Sequence record: MK064562.1
DNA length: 37,919 nucleotides
Reading direction: 5' to 3' (one strand)
Part shown: one piece after another, positions 9,297 through 18,431 of the stretch
How the letters are laid out: every line of letters starts with the position of its first letter
Position numbering within the stretch: the stretch's first letter is position 1
Program-made: the position numbers and the translations under genes
Notes under the pieces: generated by a model
The model's database searches: none
Told to the model about the DNA's origin: nothing
Seen by the model: the letters and a program-made list of their open reading frames with translations, nothing else

Positions 9297-9382
9297 CCTG
9301 TCTCACTTTTCGGGTATCTGAATGTTGTTAGCAGATATCCCCATGTCAAAAATTCTTTTTGCATATCTTTTTTACTACACAT
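9293..9382 (-). CDS. Putative 29-aa leader protein (not in ORF track)
   Basis: MCSKKDMQKEFLTWGYLLTTFRYPKSETG; stop overlaps the next ATG (ATGA). Confidence 0.4.
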   Translation of the reverse strand: MCSKKDMQKEFLTWGYLLTTFRYPKSETG

Positions 9383-9439
9383 AGCTTCACTATATCTCAT
9401 AGGTATATTTATATTGACGTTTTTAATAAAGTTTAATGT

Positions 9440-10048
9440 ATGAGGTTTACGGTTTGCGTCCCGTGCGGATGGCTCGCTAAAAGCGAACCTTTATTCCGTA
9501 TTTTCTCTTTTGTGCAAAGCACAGTAAAACATCAAGTGTACTTTCACATGGCTATATCAAACCGTGTGGATTTGAATAGAAGTACGTGCGTTAAGGTAGC
9601 ACTTGATAGGAACGAGGACTTAATAATGATTGACAGTGATGTTATGCCTTTACAACCCTTTGATGATGTTGTTAACGTATTGAAAGAGGATAAAAAGGGA
9701 GCTGACGTGGTATTGGGTATAATAGCATCTAACATGGGTATACTAATTAGACCGTTTCCGAAAGATTCTTATGTAACCGAGGTGGAATGGGGAAGTCTGG
9801 GTTTCATCTATTTACCTTTAAAAACGTTGAGGAAACTCAAAGTTATAGACTGGTATAAGTATAGTGAGAGTGTACAATACCCCATGTATTTTACATATAC
9901 GCCCAATATGAGTGAAGACGTTGACTTTATCATAAGGATGAAAAAAAGCGGGTTTAAAGTAATTGCGGATAAACGTATTAGGCTTGCACACCAAAAATGG
10001 GCTAACCTTATCGTTGAGAATAACGGTAACATTAATCTAACAATGTGA
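9440..10048 (+). CDS. GT-A (GT2-like) glycosyltransferase, paralog of 29339-29923
   Basis: AISNRVDLNRS, MIDSD (DxD), SEDVDF, C-terminal His. Confidence 0.85.
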   Translation: MRFTVCVPCGWLAKSEPLFRIFSFVQSTVKHQVYFHMAISNRVDLNRSTCVKVALDRNEDLIMIDSDVMPLQPFDDVVNVLKEDKKGADVVLGIIASNMGILIRPFPKDSYVTEVEWGSLGFIYLPLKTLRKLKVIDWYKYSESVQYPMYFTYTPNMSEDVDFIIRMKKSGFKVIADKRIRLAHQKWANLIVENNGNINLTM

Positions 10049-10613
10049 TCAAATACGCGGTATCGGAAACTTTAATTTTTGCTATTTGCGATACACGTTT
10101 TATGGTGTTATAGTAGGGTACTTTTACGTTTATTTGTTTAACTACAGTGTTTGACGTATCGTATTCCGTTATTTTACTTATCTGTGATGCAATTAGGTAT
10201 TCGTTGAATTTGAACTTTTCGATAATCCTGTAAAGTTGTGTCACATATTGCGTAACATAGATGTCCTTAGGTATCCTAGCCGATATCATTAATTTCTTTA
10301 TTTCTTGTATTTTTACAATTTTCACTTGATAAGCGTTACCGTACTTTTCGAGGAGTAACATTAGACCGTTTTCGTACACGTAATAGAACGTGTTTTTGTC
10401 TTTTTTATAGCCCATCTTGATGAGTTCACTTTCAAACTGGGATGGACTATCAACGTTTAGTATGTCAACTAGTGCTACCTTGTACAACTTGTATGTTTCC
10501 ACATATCCGGTTGATTGAGTGTAGGGTATTGTCTCCTTGGGTGAGTTGAAGTAATATCGTATAGGTCTCTTCATGTATATTTTTAGTTTTCCCACAGCCG
10601 TTTTAGGTTTCAT
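10032..10613 (-). CDS. Hypothetical protein, possible C-terminal RHH-like segments
   Basis: 193-aa ORF; KQINVKVPYYNTIKRVSQIAKIKVSDTAYLI. Confidence 0.7.
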   Translation of the reverse strand: MKPKTAVGKLKIYMKRPIRYYFNSPKETIPYTQSTGYVETYKLYKVALVDILNVDSPSQFESELIKMGYKKDKNTFYYVYENGLMLLLEKYGNAYQVKIVKIQEIKKLMISARIPKDIYVTQYVTQLYRIIEKFKFNEYLIASQISKITEYDTSNTVVKQINVKVPYYNTIKRVSQIAKIKVSDTAYLITLLD

Positions 10614-11481
10614 GTTTCATGATTTCCTCCATTAACCTTCTTGCGATCATGAATTGGTTATATAGTGCTAGGTAATGTTTACGGTTCGGTTTTGGTAATT
10701 CGGGTAACGTTTTGGCTTTAATTACGTTATCGTAACACCCTACTTGGTATATGTCGTTAAGGTATTCCGTTTTACAGTATTCACCCCTAATTTCAAACGT
10801 GGGTTTAAAGTCAATAATGTAATCAAAGATTTTCCTTTGAGAGTAGTATACTTTCATCCCGAGTGCTAATGCCTCTAGGGCTTGTATTTCAAACGCTCCT
10901 CCCCTTGCCGGTATTATCATGTTCCCGGCTTTGCACATGACCTTAAGGAAAGCGTTGTGGTTTTCAACATATTGTACTGCAGTAATTACCTTCACGTCGT
11001 ACTGTAACGCTATATCCGTTCCTCTTCTATAAGGAAATGACCTCGTTTCTATATAATACCTATCATCGTTAAGTTCGCATTGGACTTCATCAATATTCTC
11101 GTGTATCGCGTGGGGTAATAATAATGGGTTGAATCCCTCTTTCATGAATAACTCGTAATTGTGCGTGGACGGGGTTATTATTAGGTCTATATTGTATTTT
11201 AGCCTCTTCTTTACAAACTCTGATAACGAATTCGTATCGATTGGGTTGAAAAGTAATTGTAGTTTTGTATACCTTTTCTTTGCATGTATGAAATTCTCAA
11301 ATTCAGGCGTGCGGAATGGCATCCACCATATTAGTACATCGTATTGCGTAAGGTCATCTGTAAACGTATCGTATGTGTCAACTTTCACGCCGTTTTCTTG
11401 TAGACCTTCAGTAATCAACTGATATTGAATATAGGTACTTCCTACTCTTCTGATCGGGCTATATACGATCGCTATTCTCAT
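10603..11481 (-). CDS. GT-B (GT4-like) glycosyltransferase
   Basis: MRIAIVY, DLIITPS, YRRGTD, PARGGAFEIQALEALALG. Confidence 0.9.
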   Translation of the reverse strand: MRIAIVYSPIRRVGSTYIQYQLITEGLQENGVKVDTYDTFTDDLTQYDVLIWWMPFRTPEFENFIHAKKRYTKLQLLFNPIDTNSLSEFVKKRLKYNIDLIITPSTHNYELFMKEGFNPLLLPHAIHENIDEVQCELNDDRYYIETRSFPYRRGTDIALQYDVKVITAVQYVENHNAFLKVMCKAGNMIIPARGGAFEIQALEALALGMKVYYSQRKIFDYIIDFKPTFEIRGEYCKTEYLNDIYQVGCYDNVIKAKTLPELPKPNRKHYLALYNQFMIARRLMEEIMKHET

Positions 11482-11815
11482 TTTGCATCAACATATTATA
11501 TAGTGTACATCTATTTAATCTTTTACATAAAAAACTGAGATAAAAAGTATACTCATTTTTTTCTAATAATGCTAATCCACGATAATTCATGTAAATGTAG
11601 AGGAAGCGTTCTTCTTTGCTCATATTCATATTTACGTTTTTAGTTCTCTTGAAACATACTTTTGCCTTTGCTCTCCACGTGAAAAAATTATCACGCTCAA
11701 GTATCTCATAACTGACTATGTCTTTTCTTGTTTGAAGTTCATCCCATGTTATTATATCATCACTTGCGTTTTGGCTCTTTACAAGTACAACGTTTACTTT
11801 TTTACAAAGTATCAC
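11459..11815 (-). CDS. Hypothetical protein
   Basis: 118-aa ORF overlapping the GT start. Confidence 0.7.
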   Translation of the reverse strand: MILCKKVNVVLVKSQNASDDIITWDELQTRKDIVSYEILERDNFFTWRAKAKVCFKRTKNVNMNMSKEERFLYIYMNYRGLALLEKNEYTFYLSFLCKRLNRCTLYNMLMQNENSDRI

Positions 11816-11843
11816 GTATGATAATGTGATAAGATGATAAAAA

Positions 11844-12050
11844 ATGTTTAGTTTGTTTTCAAGGGTACCTTGCTTGTTAACTTACCTTTACCTTATGCTA
11901 AACAATGAGGAGTACGTTGATGAGCGTGTGTTGGTTAGTATAGCCAAGGAATGTAACGTAGATGTGAATTTAAGTATAAAATTGTTGATAAATATGGGGG
12001 TGTTAAAGCCATACAGACCCGGAATATACAAAGTACAAAGATTTTCGTAA
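11844..12050 (+). CDS. Small winged-helix-like protein
   Basis: SIAKECNVDVNLSIKLLINMGVLKPYRPGIYKV; TAATG coupling to the next gene. Confidence 0.65.
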   Translation: MFSLFSRVPCLLTYLYLMLNNEEYVDERVLVSIAKECNVDVNLSIKLLINMGVLKPYRPGIYKVQRFS

Positions 12051-12907
12051 TGAAAGGCTACGGGTGGGAGAACCAAGTAAAATATGAATACGTTAATGAA
12101 TACCCGTCTCCTTCACAAGTACCTAAGTTAATAGTGATAGGTGACCATATTTTTTTGCCTCAAATAGCCACACGATATGAAAAAGTTGTAATGTGGACTG
12201 ATACACCTCTCGTTGATTGTAATTTCATAAAAAGTGATAATATAGTGTTCGTACCGGCTTCAAATTTCGTTAAGGCAATACTGGAAAACTGTGAAGTTAA
12301 AAACATTACGGAGGTCGTGCATAAACCCATGACTGTGAGAAATTTAGACGTTAAGAAGGAATACGACCTTGTGACCGTTTTGACTCAGCCATTTCGAAAA
12401 GGACATGATATACTGGGAAGGGTTCTTAGAAAGTTAGACAACATGACAGATAAGACTGTAACGTTACGTTTACGTGTACATCAGGATATCAGGCTTTTCT
12501 TCACTAACTTTAAGAAGATAAAAATTACAGACATTCCGGAAACTTCAAATTACGTTGATTTTCTTAAGGAGGTAGGGAAAAGTAGGGTAATGTTGTTCCC
12601 GTCGCAAGTTGAAGGGATAGGTTATCCTGCCATTGAGAGTGTCGTGTTAAATCAACAACTTATAATGGGTGATATTGACGCTACAAGGGAGTTCGTGAAC
12701 GTTAAGTCCGCTAGGCTCACGGATGTTAAACTTGTTTTATCACCCAATACGAATCACTGGTTCTTGTTCCAATACTATGATGAGGATGAGTATTTAGAAT
12801 TGTTAATGAAAGCACTTAATGATGAGAAAGTGTGTAAGCCTACAATAAAGACTGAGGATATATTTTATGTAGAAGAATTATATAAAAAAGTATTTGAATT
12901 TATTTAA
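12050..12907 (+). CDS. GT-B (GT4-like) glycosyltransferase
   Basis: FVPASNF, FRKGHD, FPSQVEGIGYPAIES (E-x7-E). Confidence 0.9.
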   Translation: MKGYGWENQVKYEYVNEYPSPSQVPKLIVIGDHIFLPQIATRYEKVVMWTDTPLVDCNFIKSDNIVFVPASNFVKAILENCEVKNITEVVHKPMTVRNLDVKKEYDLVTVLTQPFRKGHDILGRVLRKLDNMTDKTVTLRLRVHQDIRLFFTNFKKIKITDIPETSNYVDFLKEVGKSRVMLFPSQVEGIGYPAIESVVLNQQLIMGDIDATREFVNVKSARLTDVKLVLSPNTNHWFLFQYYDEDEYLELLMKALNDEKVCKPTIKTEDIFYVEELYKKVFEFI

Positions 12908-12924
12908 TACGCCTATACGGCTTG

Positions 12925-13194
12925 TTATAGTCCTCCTAATAGTCTTCTGAATACTCCACCTAAGCCTCTGAATACGCCTATTCTTCCGAACGCTCCCAGC
13001 ACTAAGGCTATTACTACTCCTATTACAGCCACAACTCCGAACAGTTGACCTAATGGGTTAGCGAAGCTACTTAAAACGTTTGCAAGGCTTTGTACGGCAT
13101 ATGCTATAAAGCTTATGAAGCTTGTTAACAATGATGTTAGGGCATTTGTTAAGGTCGTTATAGCTGAACTTATGCTACTCACGATCTCTAACAC
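12925..13194 (-). CDS. Small membrane protein, amphipathic N-terminus, TM and basic Gly-rich C-terminus (candidate envelope protein)
   Basis: 89 aa from GTG 13194 (GTG 13182 also fits the GAGGTG SD); GVVAVIGVVIALVLGAFG. Confidence 0.8.
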   Translation of the reverse strand: MLEIVSSISSAITTLTNALTSLLTSFISFIAYAVQSLANVLSSFANPLGQLFGVVAVIGVVIALVLGAFGRIGVFRGLGGVFRRLLGGL

Positions 13195-13294
13195 CTCTTA
13201 TGTATACATCTTGTGTATTTTCGTATAAAAGTAGTAAATGGTGGGTTTCGGTAAACCGGTGGGTATTTATATTTGTGCGGGATAGATTTACATT

Positions 13295-13840
13295 GTGGAG
13301 AACGAATGGCTAGCCCAACTAAAACAGGCGATGAGCAAGGAGATCAAAGCGATAAAGAAAAGAGGAGTGGACGTACAAGTAATACAAAACCCGGGGGAGT
13401 TGAAAGTAGTGATAGACCTCAAGACGTTGATAAAGAAAATGAGGGAGGAAGCGAAACAAGAGCTAATGAAACAATTCAAACTAACCCCGTTCCAAGTGAC
13501 GTTCAGGACAGTGAACAACGTGGAACTAGCGATGAGCCAAATAACGGGAGTGATGACGGAGGAGGACAAGATGAAACTGATAGCGTTGGAAAAACAATAT
13601 CAAGATATGTTCCAATGGAATTACAACGACAAAAAACACCAGCTAAAAGTAGCAATAGTATTGAACAAGTTTTACGAGAAAGAATTGAACGAGATAATCC
13701 AGAGAATCAACCAGAACTTAGCGGAAGCCCTAGCACTGATGAGAGTGCAAGGGGTGGACATGCTGGACTACGAGATCAAAGTGGACAAGAACCTGGTGGT
13801 AAGAGTCTTTACAACATCCCAAGTTTCCAACAATTCCTGA
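13295..13840 (+). CDS. Hypothetical globular/helical protein (ancestral frame of the dual-coding region)
   Basis: 181 aa, GTG about 25 nt downstream of TATTTATA; normal protein composition. Confidence 0.8.
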   Translation: MENEWLAQLKQAMSKEIKAIKKRGVDVQVIQNPGELKVVIDLKTLIKKMREEAKQELMKQFKLTPFQVTFRTVNNVELAMSQITGVMTEEDKMKLIALEKQYQDMFQWNYNDKKHQLKVAIVLNKFYEKELNEIIQRINQNLAEALALMRVQGVDMLDYEIKVDKNLVVRVFTTSQVSNNS

Positions 13841-14199
13841 ATAGAAAAGTTACAGGGTACACTCCCGGTAACCTAAATAAGAACGAGATTATCGCGTTAT
13901 TCCGAAGCCTACCTCTTGAGGTAAGATTAGAGGAGAGCGTGAGGACACTTAACGAGTTTCGAGGTATCGAGAAACGGTGGAAGAGTGTGATAGATGGTTT
14001 AGCACTTACGAGTGACAAGTATAAGGAGGCTGTAAGTAGGAAGCCCATTAGTACTAGATTGGTTGAACGTATTGTTGACGCGTTTGAGGGATATCTATCA
14101 AAGGCTATGGCGGGTGGGATAAGCGTCCAGGAAAGGGATAGGCTGAAACAAACGATATCAGAAGTCCTAATGGAGGAGGAAAATGAAGGACAGTCGTGA
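13306..14199 (+). CDS. Overprinted protein: acidic disordered N-terminus plus globular C-terminal domain
   Basis: 297 aa from ATG 13306 (GGAG upstream); the only long + ORF covering 13841-14182; overlaps the next gene start. Confidence 0.7.
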   Translation: MASPTKTGDEQGDQSDKEKRSGRTSNTKPGGVESSDRPQDVDKENEGGSETRANETIQTNPVPSDVQDSEQRGTSDEPNNGSDDGGGQDETDSVGKTISRYVPMELQRQKTPAKSSNSIEQVLRERIERDNPENQPELSGSPSTDESARGGHAGLRDQSGQEPGGKSLYNIPSFQQFLNRKVTGYTPGNLNKNEIIALFRSLPLEVRLEESVRTLNEFRGIEKRWKSVIDGLALTSDKYKEAVSRKPISTRLVERIVDAFEGYLSKAMAGGISVQERDRLKQTISEVLMEEENEGQS

Positions 14200-14449
14200 A
14201 AGTATAATATTTAAGGTATCAATACAAGATAGGCTCGAACTTGATGAACTCGTGAGGAGGCTTGGTTTTCCATCACGTCACGCTTTTTTTCTGGATATTG
14301 TAAGAGGTACGTTGACTGCAGTAGATAATCAAGATAGGGGTAGCTTATTCGTATATATCCCGGTACCCAGAACATTAATGCAAAAGTATTTTGAAAAAAA
14401 TGAATCGCTTCAAGAAATAGTCGTAAAACTCATTTTATCACTTACTTGA
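14183..14449 (+). CDS. Ribbon-helix-helix protein
   Basis: IIFKVSIQDRLELDELVRRLGFPSRHAFFLDIV; second strand-helix segment. Confidence 0.75.
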   Translation: MKDSRESIIFKVSIQDRLELDELVRRLGFPSRHAFFLDIVRGTLTAVDNQDRGSLFVYIPVPRTLMQKYFEKNESLQEIVVKLILSLT

Positions 14450-14851
14450 TTGCATGTTGAATATTATATAGTTCGTTGTAGTACTCTTCAAACTGTCTAT
14501 ATAGTCCATAAACTCATCTAACATTGCTTCATCCAGTCCTCTTAACCAGTATTTATGCCTTAAGGCAATCTTTAACCTCTTTATCACTTCACCGCTTTGT
14601 TTCGTATTTAACACTTTAACGTATTCATTTGCTAACTGTCTGTAGAGTATCCTTAGGTTCCCCCCGACACCGTGAGCGTTAAGCCAAGGTATTAACGCTT
14701 GGTTTACTACACTGTAGAAGTTCATTATGTTCTGTGCTTGTACTACCATGTCTTTCGTGGCGTTCTTATATGCGGTTTGTTCTGTCTTAGCTTTTACACT
14801 ATACTTGGTAATCGCGTCTTCGGTTGTTATACCGGTTCTTCTGGAGGGCAT
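14438..14851 (-). CDS. Major capsid protein 2 (SIRV2-type fold)
   Basis: 137 aa; basic N-terminus; LNAHGVGGNLRILYRQLA resembles the rudivirus/lipothrixvirus MCP LxxxGhxGxxxxhY segment. Confidence 0.88.
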   Translation of the reverse strand: MPSRRTGITTEDAITKYSVKAKTEQTAYKNATKDMVVQAQNIMNFYSVVNQALIPWLNAHGVGGNLRILYRQLANEYVKVLNTKQSGEVIKRLKIALRHKYWLRGLDEAMLDEFMDYIDSLKSTTTNYIIFNMQSSK

Positions 14852-15450
14852 CACGCACCACCCTTAACACCGATTATTTCCTCAGGTGATTTAGCTTGTA
14901 GAACTTCCTGGATTGGAGCCGAGAAGCCTGTTGGCGAACTTATAGGTACTGGAGGTAATGGTGATCTAGGCGTTACAAGACACGCTCCTTCACGTTCTTC
15001 AGCCTCAAAAGGCTCTACTCCAACCCAAACTGCGAATATACTATTTATTAATGACACAGCTTCCTCACAGCTAACTCTTGTACCGTATAAGTTTTCGGTT
15101 AACGTCATAGTAGCCGTCCCTGCTACGTTGATCGCGATCTCATTCGATCCTAACTTCTCGTTACTATACTTTAACCATGACGTGAAAATCTTCATTAAAG
15201 CTAACTTAATCTCATTTACGTATGGTAAGTCTTGTGGAGAGGCTCCGCTCTTGATTGCCTCATCTATTACGTTTGCGAGATATTGCTTGAACTCGTTCTC
15301 AACCATGTGTAGTGACTTGAAACCGTTCTCAAAATTCGCTATCCTATACTTCGCTGATTCATCGTAGGCGTCACCCATAGTTTGCAATTTTCGTACATAG
15401 TTTAGATACATTCGCAGTGGGTCATTTTTTGATGTTCTTTTTCTAGCCAT
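14851..15450 (-). CDS. Major capsid protein 1
   Basis: 199 aa from MARKRTSK; tandem with MCP2; matches my recall of the SFV1 large MCP. Confidence 0.85.
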   Translation of the reverse strand: MARKRTSKNDPLRMYLNYVRKLQTMGDAYDESAKYRIANFENGFKSLHMVENEFKQYLANVIDEAIKSGASPQDLPYVNEIKLALMKIFTSWLKYSNEKLGSNEIAINVAGTATMTLTENLYGTRVSCEEAVSLINSIFAVWVGVEPFEAEEREGACLVTPRSPLPPVPISSPTGFSAPIQEVLQAKSPEEIIGVKGGA

Positions 15451-15489
15451 TAAGATAAATTTATATCTCAATCTACTAAACGTATATAT
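15451..15489. promoter_or_regulatory. Compact bidirectional promoter (capsid operon / 15490 operon)
   Basis: 39-bp gap containing TTTATAT and TATATATA. Confidence 0.55.
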
Positions 15490-16047
15490 ATGAACGAGAT
15501 ATTACCGAAACCTAAATTCAATAATCTAAACTTAACTCTAATTAAAACATTTTACTTGAATAGTAAAAAATTTTTTGCTGATCCATTTTTATACTCAATT
15601 GCCTTAGGTGTGTGGGCATATAATATAATGCAAGAAGCAAAAATCGTTGAATTAGCTGATAACTACTCATTATTTTATATAAAAAATGAAACCCCTTTAT
15701 TAACTTTATTTTTTAACACAGCAGTACACTACTTTAACGTAGAAGCCGAACGTGACGCGTACAAAGACATATCAGCTGAACACATAAACGAGTTTTTGGC
15801 TGACCTCAAGAAGGCTACCGATAACGCGTATACGATAATAAATAACTTATACTACAAGATAGACCAAAGGATAGTAAACATGATGTATACCCAGTACACT
15901 ATTTGGGTATTAGGTGTACTATACGGTTTCTATAGTGATGATTTCGATAAAGTCAGTGACGTAATTTTAAAAAGCGAGCTACCGATAATAAAATTAATTA
16001 GGGGGGAAATAAAACGCGAGCGTTTACCGTTAAGCTCAACGAAATAG
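15490..16047 (+). CDS. Hypothetical helical protein
   Basis: 185-aa ORF. Confidence 0.8.
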   Translation: MNEILPKPKFNNLNLTLIKTFYLNSKKFFADPFLYSIALGVWAYNIMQEAKIVELADNYSLFYIKNETPLLTLFFNTAVHYFNVEAERDAYKDISAEHINEFLADLKKATDNAYTIINNLYYKIDQRIVNMMYTQYTIWVLGVLYGFYSDDFDKVSDVILKSELPIIKLIRGEIKRERLPLSSTK

Positions 16048-16052
16048 ATGTA

Positions 16053-16358
16053 ATGAAAATCCTAGCTAACATGAGGAGAAAAGACCAAACGTTGAGCGAA
16101 ATAGTACGTAATGCTTTAATCGAGGGGTTAAACGAAAACATAAAAGGGGACGGACAAGTTGTAGCGGATCTTAGGGTCGTTTCACTCAAGATTGATGAAG
16201 ATTACTTGACTTTAATTAAGGAGTACGCTAATGCGTTTTATGAAGGTAATGTGAGCGAATTAGCTAGGGCATGTGTAAGACGTTACATAAAAAAGTACAT
16301 GGATAACGACTTTACAGGCGTAGCTAAAGTAGAGAGAATTAAGTGGATGTTAAGCTAA
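16053..16358 (+). CDS. Ribbon-helix-helix (CopG-like) regulator
   Basis: RVVSLKIDEDYLTLIKEYA...GNVSELARACVRRYI. Confidence 0.85.
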   Translation: MKILANMRRKDQTLSEIVRNALIEGLNENIKGDGQVVADLRVVSLKIDEDYLTLIKEYANAFYEGNVSELARACVRRYIKKYMDNDFTGVAKVERIKWMLS

Positions 16359-16532
16359 ATCTTTCATCAAGTGTATAAAAAACTTAATCACGGTTTTCTT
16401 TTTTTCCTTATCAAGACTATTTATAACATCTGTTATTAGTTTATATGCCTTGTCCTTATCTTCGTTCATGTATATGTTTGCAATATAATACAAACAATCT
16501 GCAATCTGTTGTGCGTTATATTCAGTTTGCAT
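16350..16532 (-). CDS. Small helical hypothetical protein
   Basis: 60 aa; start overlaps the upstream stop. Confidence 0.65.
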   Translation of the reverse strand: MQTEYNAQQIADCLYYIANIYMNEDKDKAYKLITDVINSLDKEKKKTVIKFFIHLMKDLA

Positions 16533-17149
16533 TACGACACCGGTAACAATAATTTCTGAAGTGTTGTATATTGGAAGAACAACCTAGGGAACGGGTTAGG
16601 TAAGTTAACGTTTGATGTAAATTCGTACACTGTAAGCGGGTACGGATCTGGTGTACTTAGTACAACGTTACCTGTTTGCAGAATGTAAGCCATAGGTAGG
16701 ACGGGATCATATGCCACAAGATACGACTTAAGACTTGAGGGTGTAACGTTTATCAGCGAGTAGTCTGCTGGTGGGTTCTGTTGACTAAAACCACCTTCCG
16801 GTACATGGAGGACTGTCTTTGGAGGTACTTTAAACACGAACACGATATTCTTGAAGTTATTACTTGATAACACAGCCATCCTATAAGGGTTACTGTCCGA
16901 TGTACTTTGTGACTTATCAGTCCATAAGTCCACATACCCGTTACCAATGTAAACCTCAGCGAACGCACTACCGAATACGTAACCGTTTCTCAGAATTGAC
17001 ACATAGATTTCACTTGATGTGGGGTTATCAATTATCCATTCTATATCGTTCTGGTCTATCCACTGAAATGAAAGTGAGGGATTTCCCGTACCTTGAGATT
17101 GTTCTACCTTAACTTTGTCTAATCTACTGATTCTTGACCCTATTATCAT
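16532..17149 (-). CDS. Hypothetical beta-rich protein resembling a family seen in crenarchaeal viruses
   Basis: 205 aa; GYVFGSAFAEVY, FVFKVPP, VPEGGF, YILQTG. Confidence 0.8.
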   Translation of the reverse strand: MIIGSRISRLDKVKVEQSQGTGNPSLSFQWIDQNDIEWIIDNPTSSEIYVSILRNGYVFGSAFAEVYIGNGYVDLWTDKSQSTSDSNPYRMAVLSSNNFKNIVFVFKVPPKTVLHVPEGGFSQQNPPADYSLINVTPSSLKSYLVAYDPVLPMAYILQTGNVVLSTPDPYPLTVYEFTSNVNLPNPFPRLFFQYTTLQKLLLPVS

Positions 17150-17172
17150 ATGATACTATGCGTTATTACAAG

Positions 17173-17451
17173 TTATAAGTTTTCCGGGAGTTCACCGTAT
17201 ATCTTGCTTGCCTCACCGTTTAGCAGATCTGCAATTTCCTCCCTACCTATTGTTATCTTCTCTTCAGATGTTATTATAATTACACTACCGTTCATCAATC
17301 CTACTATCATGTCCGCATTGTACACTGTGCTACTTGCCACGTCAAGCTCTCCACCAACCGTAATGCACTGGTAACAATAATATACGTGGTCTGTAACCTC
17401 ACCGGGAGGGGTGAACGTAACGAAAATACCCTTGTAATATCTCGCACTCAT
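17173..17451 (-). CDS. Hypothetical protein
   Basis: 92 aa; ATGA overlap. Confidence 0.7.
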   Translation of the reverse strand: MSARYYKGIFVTFTPPGEVTDHVYYCYQCITVGGELDVASSTVYNADMIVGLMNGSVIIITSEEKITIGREEIADLLNGEASKIYGELPENL

Positions 17452-17768
17452 CTATCATCACCTGTGAAGCTCTGGAAGAAGTAATCAATAACACTATTAC
17501 CTTGTGACCTACTCGTATACTTCTCTATCCTACTTAGTAATTGTTCCCTTGTCACTACACGTGTTTTCTGTGCCTTTCCTCTCTCAAATATGGTCATGTA
17601 ATAATTACCGTCCATACATGAAAACATTATATGTAGTCCACTTCCTACTGATGAACCTTGCGGTGCCGGTATTTCTATTTTATACTCAAAGTGGAACCTC
17701 CTTTCAAGTCTTGAACATATATCTTCTAAATCTTGAAAGATTGCTTCTAAATCAGCTACGTCCACCAT
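17448..17768 (-). CDS. Hypothetical protein
   Basis: Start MVDVADLE at 17768; the longer track version overlaps the divergent gene. Confidence 0.7.
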   Translation of the reverse strand: MVDVADLEAIFQDLEDICSRLERRFHFEYKIEIPAPQGSSVGSGLHIMFSCMDGNYYMTIFERGKAQKTRVVTREQLLSRIEKYTSRSQGNSVIDYFFQSFTGDDR

Positions 17769-17802
17769 TATTATTAAATATTTAAAACCAGAATATAAAC
17801 AT

Positions 17803-18207
17803 ATGTATTTCAACGGAGACATAGTTGAAGGGATATTACGAGTAGGTACGGCTACGCGTGTAAACGGTGAGTTATTAACGAGACCCCTGTTACTTTTTGG
17901 AAAATTTGTGTTGTATGGTAGTTTTATAACTAGGGAGGTGGAAAGGGAGACACTGGAAGGCAAAACTACTACTGTAAACGAGATAATTCCCATTAACGGT
18001 ATAATATTTTCCAAATTTATACAATATATTTTTGTTTTAAGTTATATAACAGATCCCGATACGGGTTTAACATACGCGTACATGGTACTGTTGACACAGC
18101 GTACGTTAAACAAGCTCATTAATTACTATAAGTTCTGGGATATCGTAATACCGAATATAGATCAGGAATTATATGAATATACAATTGAAATAGGTGAGTT
18201 AAGATGA
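17803..18207 (+). CDS. Hypothetical protein
   Basis: 134 aa; 34-bp divergent AT-rich promoter gap. Confidence 0.8.
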   Translation: MYFNGDIVEGILRVGTATRVNGELLTRPLLLFGKFVLYGSFITREVERETLEGKTTTVNEIIPINGIIFSKFIQYIFVLSYITDPDTGLTYAYMVLLTQRTLNKLINYYKFWDIVIPNIDQELYEYTIEIGELR

Positions 18208-18407
18208 GTGCGAAAGATACTTCAGTATCTCTTGATATAGTGATAGTAATAGGGCTTGTAGCAATAGCAATAAGTATAATATTCACGTTCACTGTAAATC
18301 CTCAGTTAAGTAGTAATACAAATTTGATACAAATAGTATACGTTATCGTGACCGGTATAATAAGCATATTGAGTTATATAACGGGGAAAAATACAAGAAA
18401 ACAATAA
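18204..18407 (+). CDS. Two-TM small membrane protein
   Basis: IVIVIGLVAIAISIIFTFTV and LIQIVYVIVTGIISILSYIT; basic tail. Confidence 0.8.
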   Translation: MSAKDTSVSLDIVIVIGLVAIAISIIFTFTVNPQLSSNTNLIQIVYVIVTGIISILSYITGKNTRKQ

Positions 18408-18431
18408 AATATTCGGTACAAAAATGTAAAT

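Noticed and set aside
12925-13194. 89-aa protein as a SIFV gp43-type pyramid protein (similar size)
   Set aside because: Its TM is C-terminal, opposite to known pyramid proteins; size alone is not evidence
14699-15367. 222-aa ORF antisense to the capsid genes
   Set aside because: Shadow ORF with no motifs or promoter; the capsid genes explain the region
17769-18014. N-terminal extension of ORF 17448-18014
   Set aside because: Antisense to gene 17803-18207; the AT-rich promoter gap supports the start at 17768
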